A stretch of 64,000 nucleotides of DNA from an uncultured virus (IMG/VR IMGVR_UViG_3300045970_000330) (Duplodnaviria; Heunggongvirae; Uroviricota; Caudoviricetes), in the IMG/VR virus record IMGVR_UViG_3300045970_000330, one strand, 5' to 3'. The position numbers and the translations under genes were made by a program. Positions within the stretch are counted from its first letter, which is position 1. Every line of letters begins with the position of its first letter. This document shows positions 1 through 8,746 of this stretch, piece by piece. The notes beneath the pieces were generated by a model. The model searched no databases. It had not been told where the DNA came from and worked only from the letters and a program-made list of their open reading frames with translations.

Positions 1-156
1 CGTGTTGCTGAGCTATCTGAAGTGGCTAGCGGGAACCGTTTGCGGGTATTGCAGCAGCGTAATCACTATCGTGATGCCCTTGAACGCATCATGTTGAACT
101 CCAATACGAACATTCCTGCTCTAGTCCTTGCAGAGAATGCCTTGAAACTGAAGTGA
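1..156 (+). CDS. partial hypothetical protein (5' end outside window)
   Basis: Frame 1 is open from base 1 to TGA at 154-156, just before the next gene. Confidence 0.55.
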   Translation, partial: RVAELSEVASGNRLRVLQQRNHYRDALERIMLNSNTNIPALVLAENALKLK

Positions 157-165
157 GGCGAGCAT

Positions 166-648
166 ATGGAACTAATTTGCGACTTGATCAACGATCTGAA
201 CAAACGCTGGGGCGTGCCCTATGAAGTCGAGGATGCCCTGAAAGAATCTGAAGAACATCACTATGCTGAGCGTATGCGCTTAGCTGCTCGTATCCGTGAA
301 CTGGAAGCCGAGGTAGCTGCTTCAAAGCAGTGTGCCCGCTACGAAACGGCTGTTGCTGGTGATGCAATTCAAACGATGGAATCCTACAAGCTGCTAGCGG
401 AGTCTAGCAAGGACGCTTATCTAGCAGCGAAACAAGTAATTAAAGACTTGAAGGCTGACACCAAGGCTGCGGCTTCCGCTATCCCGTCTACCTTCTATGC
501 TGATCGAAGTCTAGCCTTCCGCATTGAGCAGTTGGCGAGCGGTTGGAACCGGGCAGTGCTTGCCGCAAATGAACTTGATTACAAGCTGAATACTGCCTGG
601 GATCAGTTGGATAATAAGAACAGGCTGCTCGCTGAGGCATTGGCATGA
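166..648 (+). CDS. hypothetical coiled-coil phage protein
   Basis: 160 aa ORF, GAGG upstream, ATGA overlap with next gene. Confidence 0.7.
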   Translation: MELICDLINDLNKRWGVPYEVEDALKESEEHHYAERMRLAARIRELEAEVAASKQCARYETAVAGDAIQTMESYKLLAESSKDAYLAAKQVIKDLKADTKAAASAIPSTFYADRSLAFRIEQLASGWNRAVLAANELDYKLNTAWDQLDNKNRLLAEALA

Positions 649-872
649 GCATAATCATCCGAAATCTTGGTGGTGACTTGCTAGGTGTTTGCAACTATGA
701 AGTCCGCATCAACGAGCGTGTCATCTGTAATTTCAAACACAATCGTCCTGATGGACTAAGTAAATGTCTGTCTGAGGCGAGTCGCACCGTTGTGCAGCAG
801 CAGTGGTTGGATGCAGCAAAGCTACTTGAAGCATATGGGAGTGCCCATGAGGGTGATCATAGCGGGTTCTAG
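645..872 (+). CDS. hypothetical phage protein
   Basis: 75 aa ORF translationally coupled to upstream gene. Confidence 0.65.
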   Translation: MSIIIRNLGGDLLGVCNYEVRINERVICNFKHNRPDGLSKCLSEASRTVVQQQWLDAAKLLEAYGSAHEGDHSGF

Positions 873-1194
873 GGGAATGGTGGACCCTGTGATGGTAAAT
901 TTGGCTATAGAAGATTCCGGCTTTACCCTCACAGAAGTAGTATCGGGAACCGCTAGAGGTGCCGATAAGATGGGAGAGGTATGGGCTGAGCAAATGGGTA
1001 TCCCTATCCGTAGGTTCCCAGCTGACTGGAATCTTCATAGGAAGTCCGCAGGTTTTGTTCGCAACATCGAAATGGCAATCTATGCAGATGCTTTGGTAGC
1101 CATTTGGGACGGGGCATCCAGAGGCACGGCTCATATGATCAAAGCTGCTGAGACACACGGTTTACAAGTTTACGTGCATAGATACACGGAGTAG
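847..1194 (+). CDS. SLOG-family (YspA/DUF2493-like) protein
   Basis: MRVIIAGSR...VVSGTARGAD...AGFVRNIEM...WDGASRGTAHMI is the SLOG/YspA pattern; ATG at 847 after GGGAG. Confidence 0.85.
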   Translation: MRVIIAGSRGMVDPVMVNLAIEDSGFTLTEVVSGTARGADKMGEVWAEQMGIPIRRFPADWNLHRKSAGFVRNIEMAIYADALVAIWDGASRGTAHMIKAAETHGLQVYVHRYTE

Positions 1195-1196
1195 TT

Positions 1197-1451
1197 ATGA
1201 CTCAAACTGCCAATTTGCTACAGGTGGTTAGGCACCTTCTTGAGCGGTCCCACACAGCCGCTCGGGGCACCTTTACGCGCTTGGAGCATGAGGGGGAGTA
1301 TGTAACCATCAACTACTTGGGCGAAGGGCATATAAGCATGCTTGCGGGGGATGAGAACACCTTCTTGGGTAAGTCTGTGATGGCTGCCCTGGATCAAGTG
1401 TGCCCACGCCCCTACCCCGTGACCACTAATCCGAAACGCCTGGAGCACTGA
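1197..1451 (+). CDS. hypothetical protein
   Basis: 84 aa ORF tightly packed in operon. Confidence 0.65.
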   Translation: MTQTANLLQVVRHLLERSHTAARGTFTRLEHEGEYVTINYLGEGHISMLAGDENTFLGKSVMAALDQVCPRPYPVTTNPKRLEH

Positions 1452-1660
1452 TGGCTAAGCAGTTTGAGACAAAGGATCAATTTGATTCTGCTATGGTTGC
1501 CCTCGCTGAGTGTTTGACTGAGCACTTTGGGCTTCAAGCTGATGAGCTTGACACAGTTCTATATGAGCCACTTACATCCGAATACAAGTGGGCGCCCCTG
1601 GATGTGGATTCAACCTTACAGCGACTGTGTGGCTACCCCGAGTATCACAACTACAACTAG
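1451..1660 (+). CDS. hypothetical protein
   Basis: 69 aa ORF, GGAG RBS, TGATG coupling. Confidence 0.65.
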   Translation: MAKQFETKDQFDSAMVALAECLTEHFGLQADELDTVLYEPLTSEYKWAPLDVDSTLQRLCGYPEYHNYN

Positions 1661-1661
1661 G

Positions 1662-1673
1662 GGTGGTAACAAA
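1662..1673 (+). promoter_or_regulatory. GGTGGTAACAAA motif (putative phage promoter)
   Basis: Exact copy of recurring motif, intergenic, upstream of SSAP-recA. Confidence 0.65.
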
Positions 1674-1829
1674 GCATATAGATCAACGGGCAACCATGTA
1701 GCCTTCGCCGGGGGATAGCCTGCCCCGGTGTGAGTTGTCACAAGGCTCACTCTCACCTAACTCAACAAACTCGCTGAACATAACCACGAGTCTCACCCTG
1801 CGCCATGCGTCTACCTCTAAGGAGGTTCT

Positions 1830-2495
1830 ATGGCTAAGGTTAAGACCGAGCCCTCTACCCTGCTTGCTCAGAAGCAAGCTTTCACTACGGATGCCGAGCA
1901 GCTAGAAGCACTGCGCATCCCCTTCCCCCTCAGTGAGATCCGCACCCGTGAACAGGGCGGCGCCACGCTTCATTATTACGAAGCCTATACAGTTCAGCAG
2001 CGACTGTTGGACGTTCTTGGAACAGGGCTGTCAATCATCACCGGACAGGTCATTTCCACGGAAACCAACGTCAATACCGAAGTGATTCTCAACATCGAGT
2101 GGGTATCGGGGCGCAAGTCCACCATTTCCGGTTGGGGTTCATCCGACATCATTATCAGTGGCAAGTCGGGCAAGCTGGTGAATGATCCCTACAAAGCATC
2201 CGCCACGGATGGCATCAAGGTAGCCGCATCCAAGCTGGGTGTTGCTGGCGAACTGTATGACTCCAAATACCGTGAGGGTCTGAAGGTTCGTATGGCTGCG
2301 CAAGAAGAAGAAGAAGCAGAGCGTGCGTTCCTCACGTGTCAGAATTGCAACGGAGAGATCAACAATGGCAGTATCACTAAGGCGGATGGTACACCGTTTG
2401 CTCTGACTGCTAAGGAAGTTGCTGTCTCTACCCGTAAGAAGTTTGGGCAGCGCCTGTGCATCGGTTGCGCAGAAGTTGCTAGGAGTAATGCCTAA
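1830..2495 (+). CDS. Rad52/Rad22 (Sak-like) single-strand annealing protein with C-terminal Cys4 zinc motif
   Basis: LRIPFP..EI..R...LHYYEAYTVQQRLLDVLG...KASATDGIKVAASKLGVAGELYD; CQNC...CIGC tail; AAGGAGGT RBS. Confidence 0.85.
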   Translation: MAKVKTEPSTLLAQKQAFTTDAEQLEALRIPFPLSEIRTREQGGATLHYYEAYTVQQRLLDVLGTGLSIITGQVISTETNVNTEVILNIEWVSGRKSTISGWGSSDIIISGKSGKLVNDPYKASATDGIKVAASKLGVAGELYDSKYREGLKVRMAAQEEEEAERAFLTCQNCNGEINNGSITKADGTPFALTAKEVAVSTRKKFGQRLCIGCAEVARSNA

Positions 2496-3469
2496 TGGCA
2501 CTCCTAGAAACACTCCAAAAGAAATTCGGTAAGACGGGACTGTTCCTTCTCAAAGATGGCGAGGAATTTCTCACCATCGAGAAGGTGCCTACCGGCATCC
2601 GCACTTTAGATTCCATGCTCGGGGGCGGCTTGCCCCTGGGCAGGATCGTGGAAATCAGTGGTCCCGAAGGCGTGGGGAAGACTAGCCTAAGCCTACAGAT
2701 TGCCCGTGCCTATCAGGAGGCTATGCCTGATAAAAAGATTGTCTTCATTGATGTCGAGGGTGGGAACACTCAGGAGTTTGTCGCTGAGACTTACGGGCTT
2801 GATACACACATGACTATCTACAAGCGGGCACAAGCTGGAGACACAGCAGAGATTCTATTGTCCATGATCGAGGAATGTGCGTCCAGCGATGAAGTGAGTC
2901 TCGTGATTCTGGACTCGCTCGCTTCCCTTGTGAGTGAGCAGGATGGGGACAAGGGCTTGCCTGATGGCTTCCGCGACAACCGCCCTCAGCTCTACAGTCG
3001 GTTCCTGCGTAGGCTTACCCGACGCCCTGCTACAGCTGCTACGGTCATCCTGTTGAATCAGCTACGCATGAAGCAGAACGCCCAGCCTAATGAAGATCCC
3101 TGGTATGAAACTGGTGGCATGGGTTTGCGTTACTACCCTTCCCTACGGGTTCGCCTGTTCCATGCAGGGCGCGTTAAGAATGGTGCTGAGGAAAACATCG
3201 GGTTCAAGGTGCGAGCCCTTGTTCACAAAGCGCGCTACAGCACGCCCCGGCGCTCATGCTCCTGGATTATCGACTTCGTAGAAGGTCTGGACACCACCCG
3301 TGCCATCCTGGATATGGCGATTGAGCGGGGCTTGGTGGTCCGTAAGGGCTCATGGTTCAACTACGGTGATCAGAAGTGGCAGGGTTTGGAAGCCGTGCTC
3401 GTGGACATGCGCGCTAGTGACAAGCTGCTGACTGACATGGAAAGTAAGCTGGTTTTCAGCGACGAATAG
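2495..3469 (+). CDS. recA: RecA/UvsX recombinase
   Basis: PTGIRTLDSMLGGGLPLGRIVEISGPEGVGKTS Walker A, IDVE, LVILDSLA Walker B, NQLR, TGG..LRYY. Confidence 0.95.
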   Translation: MALLETLQKKFGKTGLFLLKDGEEFLTIEKVPTGIRTLDSMLGGGLPLGRIVEISGPEGVGKTSLSLQIARAYQEAMPDKKIVFIDVEGGNTQEFVAETYGLDTHMTIYKRAQAGDTAEILLSMIEECASSDEVSLVILDSLASLVSEQDGDKGLPDGFRDNRPQLYSRFLRRLTRRPATAATVILLNQLRMKQNAQPNEDPWYETGGMGLRYYPSLRVRLFHAGRVKNGAEENIGFKVRALVHKARYSTPRRSCSWIIDFVEGLDTTRAILDMAIERGLVVRKGSWFNYGDQKWQGLEAVLVDMRASDKLLTDMESKLVFSDE

Positions 3470-3514
3470 AGATCGAGTCTAGGCGCCCTGCGCCTATATC
3501 TTTTTTGAGATATA

Positions 3515-4204
3515 GTGCGGATTCTTTCTCTTTGCACCTCTGCTGGGCTGTGGGATAAAGCGTGGCTCTCTATGGGGCACGAGGTTGTTCCTGGATGCGA
3601 GATTATGCCCCATAAGCGCGCTATGTATCAGGCATGGTGCGGCGGGGAACATCTTTGCCATGATCTGGCAGATTTACCAGCACGCATAAAGGGTATGCAC
3701 TTTGATGGGATTATTGGTGGTATTCCCTGTCAGTCCCGCTCAATCACCCGGGCGATGCGGGCGCCTAAGTTTCCAGACCTGTTACCCCAAACCCTAGAAG
3801 TTCTGGAAGCGTGCTCATGGGATTGGTATTTGATGGAAAATGTGGCTCCCCTGGACATTCCAGGAAGTGTGTCATTTCACATGGATGCCATGCACTACGG
3901 ATTTCCACATCAGAGTCGCAGCAGAACTTTCACACACTCACCCAACCTAAAGCGCCCTACCCCACTGTTTAGCGGTGACATTGACTCACTGATGGCTTAT
4001 CCATCTGTAGTCGGAAAGCTCTATGGTCCTCGCCGGGGAGCTAGGCTGCAAGGATGGGACGCATTTGCAGACCTGCCCTTCCCCTGCACGGACCTTCAAG
4101 AAGCCCTTGCTGATGGCGTACCCCGCTGCCTAGCTATGCCCTGGATCACCAGCATCGAATCCATGTCCCATATCAGGCTGGGATATGCGATGGGAGCCCC
4201 TTAA
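3515..4204 (+). CDS. short C5 cytosine DNA methyltransferase
   Basis: GGIPCQ (motif IV), MENV (VI), QSRSR (VIII), ARLQGW (IX), ADGVP (X); atypical motif I SLCTSAG. Confidence 0.85.
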   Translation: MRILSLCTSAGLWDKAWLSMGHEVVPGCEIMPHKRAMYQAWCGGEHLCHDLADLPARIKGMHFDGIIGGIPCQSRSITRAMRAPKFPDLLPQTLEVLEACSWDWYLMENVAPLDIPGSVSFHMDAMHYGFPHQSRSRTFTHSPNLKRPTPLFSGDIDSLMAYPSVVGKLYGPRRGARLQGWDAFADLPFPCTDLQEALADGVPRCLAMPWITSIESMSHIRLGYAMGAP

Positions 4205-4223
4205 CCGGGGCTTCTTTTGTTTT
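4193..4223 (+). terminator. intrinsic terminator
   Basis: GGAGCCCC-ttaacc-GGGGCTTC stem followed by TTTTGTTTT. Confidence 0.7.
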
Positions 4224-4227
4224 GCCT

Positions 4228-4239
4228 GTTGGTAACAAA
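4228..4239 (+). promoter_or_regulatory. GTTGGTAACAAA motif variant (putative phage promoter)
   Basis: One mismatch to motif, immediately after a terminator, 35 bp before ligase ATG. Confidence 0.55.
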
Positions 4240-4273
4240 GAGCAGGGACGATTCCCATATTCAAGGATCTGTA

Positions 4274-4924
4274 ATGGACGAACTTTTCAGAGAGTTTCCG
4301 AAGATGGCTAGGCTGTCCCGAGAAATGATTTTGACTGAGAAACTAGATGGAACAAACGCAAGCATCATCGTTGTTCCTGTAGAGGATTACGCTAACTACA
4401 GCGAATCACAACGTGAGCACATGATTGCTAGGGTTGGCAACTTGTTTCTGTTTGCCGGATCGCGCACTCGAATTATTACCCCAGCGGACGATAACTATGG
4501 CTTTGCGGGGTGGGTGGAACGAAACTCACAGGAACTAGCTAAGCTTGGTCCCGGTAGGCATTTTGGAGAGTGGTGGGGTAATGGCATCCAGCGTAAGTAT
4601 GGGATGAAGGAGAAGTGCTTCTCTTTGTTCAATACGAGTCGGTGGGCTGAGCAGAGCGCTGAGCTACGCACCTTCCCTACCAGTGATCCTCGTAAGGTGA
4701 ACACTCAGGAATATGCCCCTACTTGCTGTCGAGTGGTGCCAGAACTCTATCGTGGTCCCTTTGATACCCAGGTGATCGACTTCGTGTTGGGAGCCCTGCA
4801 AAACTCAGGCAGTGTTGCCTCCCCAGGATTTCCTTCCCCTGAAGGAATTGTGGTGTATCACTCCGCAGGTTCCGTGGGTTTCAAAAAAACCCTGGATGGG
4901 GATGGTCACAAGGGTGCCCGATGA
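4274..4924 (+). CDS. RNA ligase (Rnl2-like nucleotidyltransferase domain only)
   Basis: TEKLDGTN (I), GSR (Ia), FGEWWG (III), FSLFN (IIIa), EGIVV (IV), FKK (V) all intact. Confidence 0.85.
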   Translation: MDELFREFPKMARLSREMILTEKLDGTNASIIVVPVEDYANYSESQREHMIARVGNLFLFAGSRTRIITPADDNYGFAGWVERNSQELAKLGPGRHFGEWWGNGIQRKYGMKEKCFSLFNTSRWAEQSAELRTFPTSDPRKVNTQEYAPTCCRVVPELYRGPFDTQVIDFVLGALQNSGSVASPGFPSPEGIVVYHSAGSVGFKKTLDGDGHKGAR

Positions 4925-5262
4925 GCTTTTACTTCGATAGGGTGATACACAGCATCAAAACCACTCCCGAGCGCTGGGTTCAAAATACGAATAACGGCGA
5001 GCGCGCTGTCTATATGCACAAGGTTCTTCTAGTTCGACTGTGCTGGACTTACGATGGGGGCTCATCTATTGAGTTCACAGCTAAGGGTAAGATTCATACG
5101 CTGCCCCTGGGGTTCATGGAAGAAGGCAAGCTGTATTCCGCTATGTCCAAGCTGACTAAGTGGCACCGCAAGCGAGCCCAGCGTGAGCGTGAAGCCGCCC
5201 AAAAGGAGGCTAATCAACTAGCTCTAGCAGTGGCGGAAATCTTCCCTTGGTATGAACTCTAG
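4921..5262 (+). CDS. hypothetical protein
   Basis: 113 aa ORF with ATGA overlap. Confidence 0.65.
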   Translation: MSFYFDRVIHSIKTTPERWVQNTNNGERAVYMHKVLLVRLCWTYDGGSSIEFTAKGKIHTLPLGFMEEGKLYSAMSKLTKWHRKRAQREREAAQKEANQLALAVAEIFPWYEL

Positions 5263-5273
5263 GTGGTAACAAA
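5262..5273 (+). promoter_or_regulatory. GGTGGTAACAAA motif (putative phage promoter)
   Basis: Exact copy upstream of 5322 gene. Confidence 0.65.
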
Positions 5274-5321
5274 TAAAAAGAACCGGCGCCATGAGCCCCT
5301 ATTCTCCAGGAGAGAACTGCT

Positions 5322-5591
5322 ATGCCTAAGAATCTTCAGAATGCTTTCGTCATCCAGAACGAGGAAGGAACGTATTGGGGTAAGTCTGGACCCGTGATTA
5401 ACATCGCCTTCGCCACCATTCATGCCACCGAGCGCGCCGCCCTCACCCGACTGAACAATGCCTCTAAGAAAGTCGCCCAGGCGGGCAAGCTGAAGGCTTC
5501 CGTTATTGAGGTCTACGCCGTGATCAGCTATGAGCCCATGATCGTGCATCCACCTACTGCTGTGGCTGAGGGCACCACTAGCTACGCCTAG
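5322..5591 (+). CDS. hypothetical protein
   Basis: 89 aa ORF, AGGAG RBS, followed by terminator. Confidence 0.7.
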   Translation: MPKNLQNAFVIQNEEGTYWGKSGPVINIAFATIHATERAALTRLNNASKKVAQAGKLKASVIEVYAVISYEPMIVHPPTAVAEGTTSYA

Positions 5592-5612
5592 TTTGGGACA
5601 TGACCCACAAGT

Positions 5613-5645
5613 AAAAACGCCCGGGACAACCCGGGCGTTCTTATT
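5613..5645. terminator. bidirectional intrinsic terminator
   Basis: AACGCCCGGG-acaa-CCCGGGCGTT between convergent genes, A-run on left, T-rich on right. Confidence 0.8.
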
Positions 5646-5669
5646 GGGGAGTCGCTAAACACCCTAGCC

Positions 5670-6050
5670 TTAAAGTATCACAGTTTTGTAAATTGTGAAT
5701 TTATGTTTAGATTTATCTAAATACGTGAATGTAGAAACTACACCTTTTGCCTCATCCCCGGGTAAGGGCTTATGTATAAAAACTACTCCCTTAAAACCTA
5801 AGCTTGTCCAAATCTCTCTGCCGGATCTAAGCAGATCATCCACTTGATCCATTGTCCAATAACTCCAACTACGCACACACAACCCATCACCCTTCTCCCC
5901 CGCAGCCATGTAGCTAGGTCCAGTGTTTTTGTATTGATCCGCAAGGCGCTCAGCATAATTCATTCTATTTTTTACAGCATCCAGTTCATAGGTCTGTGCG
6001 ACAAGTCCCAAACCCGTGCTCAATAGAATCAGCAACAACACCTTACGCAT
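5670..6050 (-). CDS. secreted/periplasmic hypothetical protein
   Basis: MRKVLLLILLSTGLGLVA|Q signal-peptide-like N-terminus, AGGAG RBS, last gene of rep-par operon. Confidence 0.7.
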   Translation of the reverse strand: MRKVLLLILLSTGLGLVAQTYELDAVKNRMNYAERLADQYKNTGPSYMAAGEKGDGLCVRSWSYWTMDQVDDLLRSGREIWTSLGFKGVVFIHKPLPGDEAKGVVSTFTYLDKSKHKFTIYKTVIL

Positions 6051-6549
6051 GATTACTCCTAAGTTTGATAGCATAGACAGACATAGCAGCCGCCATGAAG
6101 CGGCTCAGCTTGAACCCAGGTATGACCTTAGCTTTAGCTGCCACTACTTGCAGCCTCTGGTGCAGCTGACGATCAATGCGCCCTGAGATTGTGCATGTAT
6201 TGATCCCCGCTTTGCGTGCAGCCTTACGGGAATCTTCATACGGGACGATAGCGTTCAGAACTTCCTGCCAGCTGTTGATGGCGTGCTTTACCGCCCCCTC
6301 CACGAAGACACCCATGCCTACAACCTGGGAATACTCATACAGGGGCTCATCCACGAAGGCAGACACCTGGACCTTCTGCCTACGGGTTAGCACAATCCCA
6401 GCTAAATCAGCGGGTATATCGGGGACGCTGTAAGTGTTTGGAGTAGACACCAGATTGTCTGTCTCTGCTCCCGCCCCACCGTCCGTAAGGGTTTGTAGCA
6501 CTTCCTCTGCGGTAGGGACTACAAGACTGCTGCCGGATCTGCTTCTCAT
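6043..6549 (-). CDS. putative centromere-binding partition protein (ribbon-helix-helix, type Ib partner)
   Basis: Directly downstream of parA (ATGA overlap); disordered N-terminus plus RHH-like TISGRIDRQLHQRLQ...LSRFMAAAM. Confidence 0.6.
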   Translation of the reverse strand: MRSRSGSSLVVPTAEEVLQTLTDGGAGAETDNLVSTPNTYSVPDIPADLAGIVLTRRQKVQVSAFVDEPLYEYSQVVGMGVFVEGAVKHAINSWQEVLNAIVPYEDSRKAARKAGINTCTISGRIDRQLHQRLQVVAAKAKVIPGFKLSRFMAAAMSVYAIKLRSNHA

Positions 6550-7454
6550 ACGACCTCCAGTTTGTGAGCTAGCGTTTCGATTCGCCGTGCCAGCAATTCC
6601 AGGTTTTTCCGGTTAGACGGACTTTCCTTCATTTCAATATACATGGAACTTGCCATTACGCCATCTTTTTTATGGACGTTCATTGCGCTCGCCAGCGTAG
6701 TTACATTGGACTTAAAAACATCCAGCACTTCGATACCAGCATTGAAGCATGTTTCTGTAAACACACCCAATGCTATGGCGCTTTTTGTTGTTGATTTCTT
6801 GTCGCCCATTTTGATACTCGGATTAAGGAAATTTCCAACAGCCCCAGCGATCTTCACTCCAGCTTTACGGGCATCATTCACAAGTGTTCCAAATCCAGCA
6901 AGCGCTTCATAGTCCCGCAGATCCTCAAAGAACACACAAGAATCTGCTACATGCAAAATAGATTCCTGAAGGACTCCAGATGGATCACCGATTGTATCTA
7001 TGATGCAGTAATCAAACTCGAACTTAGACAGCAGTAGGGTCAACAGTTCACCCCGACTTTCCTCGCGCCACCGCTTCAGAGCTTCGGACAGCACAGCGTG
7101 AGCCGCTGGTATAAACGAGACAGACAATCCATCAGAAATTAAGACAGCCGTCATAGCATTTTTTACAGCAGCATACGCTCGAATCGCTGCCTCATCCAGA
7201 TCCTTTCGCTGTTGATCCCAGGACAGCCCTGGGATGATGCCGCCCTGAAGGACCGCTAGTGCCCTTCCAAAGCCTTCACCCGCCACCTCCTTATCATGGG
7301 CTAGGGATAGGCTCCGCGAGCCCTGGACATGGGTAGCATCTACGAAAGCTACCCGGGCATCCGGGTGCAACATCTTCAGGGCGCAGGCTGTATGCCAACC
7401 AAACGTGGTCTTGCCCACGCCGCCTTTCTGTGAGGATAGATAGTAAAGCTGCAT
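6546..7454 (-). CDS. parA: ParA-family partition ATPase
   Basis: Deviant Walker A QKGGVGKTT, FVD (A'), DYCIIDT Walker B; no N-terminal HTH. Confidence 0.9.
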   Translation of the reverse strand: MQLYYLSSQKGGVGKTTFGWHTACALKMLHPDARVAFVDATHVQGSRSLSLAHDKEVAGEGFGRALAVLQGGIIPGLSWDQQRKDLDEAAIRAYAAVKNAMTAVLISDGLSVSFIPAAHAVLSEALKRWREESRGELLTLLLSKFEFDYCIIDTIGDPSGVLQESILHVADSCVFFEDLRDYEALAGFGTLVNDARKAGVKIAGAVGNFLNPSIKMGDKKSTTKSAIALGVFTETCFNAGIEVLDVFKSNVTTLASAMNVHKKDGVMASSMYIEMKESPSNRKNLELLARRIETLAHKLEVV

Positions 7455-7462
7455 GCTTCCTC

Positions 7463-8728
7463 CTAGGGAGTTGTGAGTTCACCTTCGATGATCGAGGTGT
7501 CTTCCAGGGTTGCTGAATACTTGCCTTTCACGAAGGGCTGCACAGCTAGGCATATACCCGAGGGTGCCTGAACAACATCGGCAGAACAGTCCTTCCAAAC
7601 GCTTTTTATTACAGCCATTTGTTTTACCCTCTCACCCCGCCACCGTGCGAAGTTACCTTTGTCGGGCTTGCCTAGCTGCACCCAAATGGACTCAAAGGAT
7701 ATGGGCAGTCCGTGGGTCTTGGCTTCCATACAGCGGCTCCAGATCCACTTGGCGAAGTCATAGCCCTTGCTGGCACGCACACTGAAGTGGCGCATATACC
7801 AGATGGGGGCTGAGCCCTTGTGAGAGCGCTCCTGGTGCTGCATACCCAACTCAGGGACCACATTCTTCGGGGTCTTACTCGTAAGGGCTACGAAGTAAAC
7901 TTCACCCAGCTCAACGAAATACTGGGATGTCGGACGGACCTCGTGCTCATTGCCATAGGGCAGGGGGCTGTCACCGGACAGGCTATCGTCGTAAATGTTC
8001 TCCGCATTGATGGGTAGATTACCTCGTGAGATAAGTGGGCGTGGTTCATCGAAGGCGTTGGAGTTCATTTCCATGCCCTTGAACGAAATCCGTATGGAGG
8101 TATTTGCTATTCGGTTCAGCGATCTTATCAGCTTGGTGGAATTAGTCCCGCCTGATTGGTTAGTCCCTAACTCCACCAGGAACTTGATGATCTCGGATAA
8201 ATACACAATACGGCTGTTCTTACGCACAGCTATGGTCTGTATGGCGTCCATTACCTTGCGATCCAGAATGTCATGGATCATGGGCAGGCGCCGCTTCTTC
8301 CATGCATCCTCGGGCTCATCCTTGCGCTGCGCCCACTGCATAGCTACGAGCTGCACTTCACAGACTACGCCCTTTGCTGCGGGGTAAGTAAGCACGTGTG
8401 AACTACCAATAGATTCAGCATCTTCTCGTGAGTGCGGGAACCCCACCTTTGCTAAGTCCCTAATGAACCATACAAGTTCATCCCAGGTCTGCACCGCCGC
8501 CATAGCCCCATCAAGGGCAGCGGTCCTCATGATGGACTTGGTGCGCCCCTGCTTCATCTGTGCTCGCGCAAGGGCTTCCAGCTGCTCAGGGGGCAGTTCT
8601 TTATTATCTTCCATGAACTGGAGTGCACGTAGCTTGGATCTGAAGATGTCTTGTATTGCCCTGAACTCTTTCGAGTCGGGGACATCCACCTTTTTCCTAC
8701 CACGCTTCTTTGGTTCTGAGGTCATCAA
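7463..8728 (-). CDS. repA: plasmid replication initiator (RepA_C / IncW RepA-like)
   Basis: LPM..ILDRKVMDAIQTIAVRKNSRIVYL...KFLVELG..QSGG...LIRSLNRI resembles the RepA_C core; adjacent to iterons and parA. Confidence 0.75.
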   Translation of the reverse strand: MMTSEPKKRGRKKVDVPDSKEFRAIQDIFRSKLRALQFMEDNKELPPEQLEALARAQMKQGRTKSIMRTAALDGAMAAVQTWDELVWFIRDLAKVGFPHSREDAESIGSSHVLTYPAAKGVVCEVQLVAMQWAQRKDEPEDAWKKRRLPMIHDILDRKVMDAIQTIAVRKNSRIVYLSEIIKFLVELGTNQSGGTNSTKLIRSLNRIANTSIRISFKGMEMNSNAFDEPRPLISRGNLPINAENIYDDSLSGDSPLPYGNEHEVRPTSQYFVELGEVYFVALTSKTPKNVVPELGMQHQERSHKGSAPIWYMRHFSVRASKGYDFAKWIWSRCMEAKTHGLPISFESIWVQLGKPDKGNFARWRGERVKQMAVIKSVWKDCSADVVQAPSGICLAVQPFVKGKYSATLEDTSIIEGELTTP

Positions 8729-8746
8729 TACCTCCGATACAGATAG

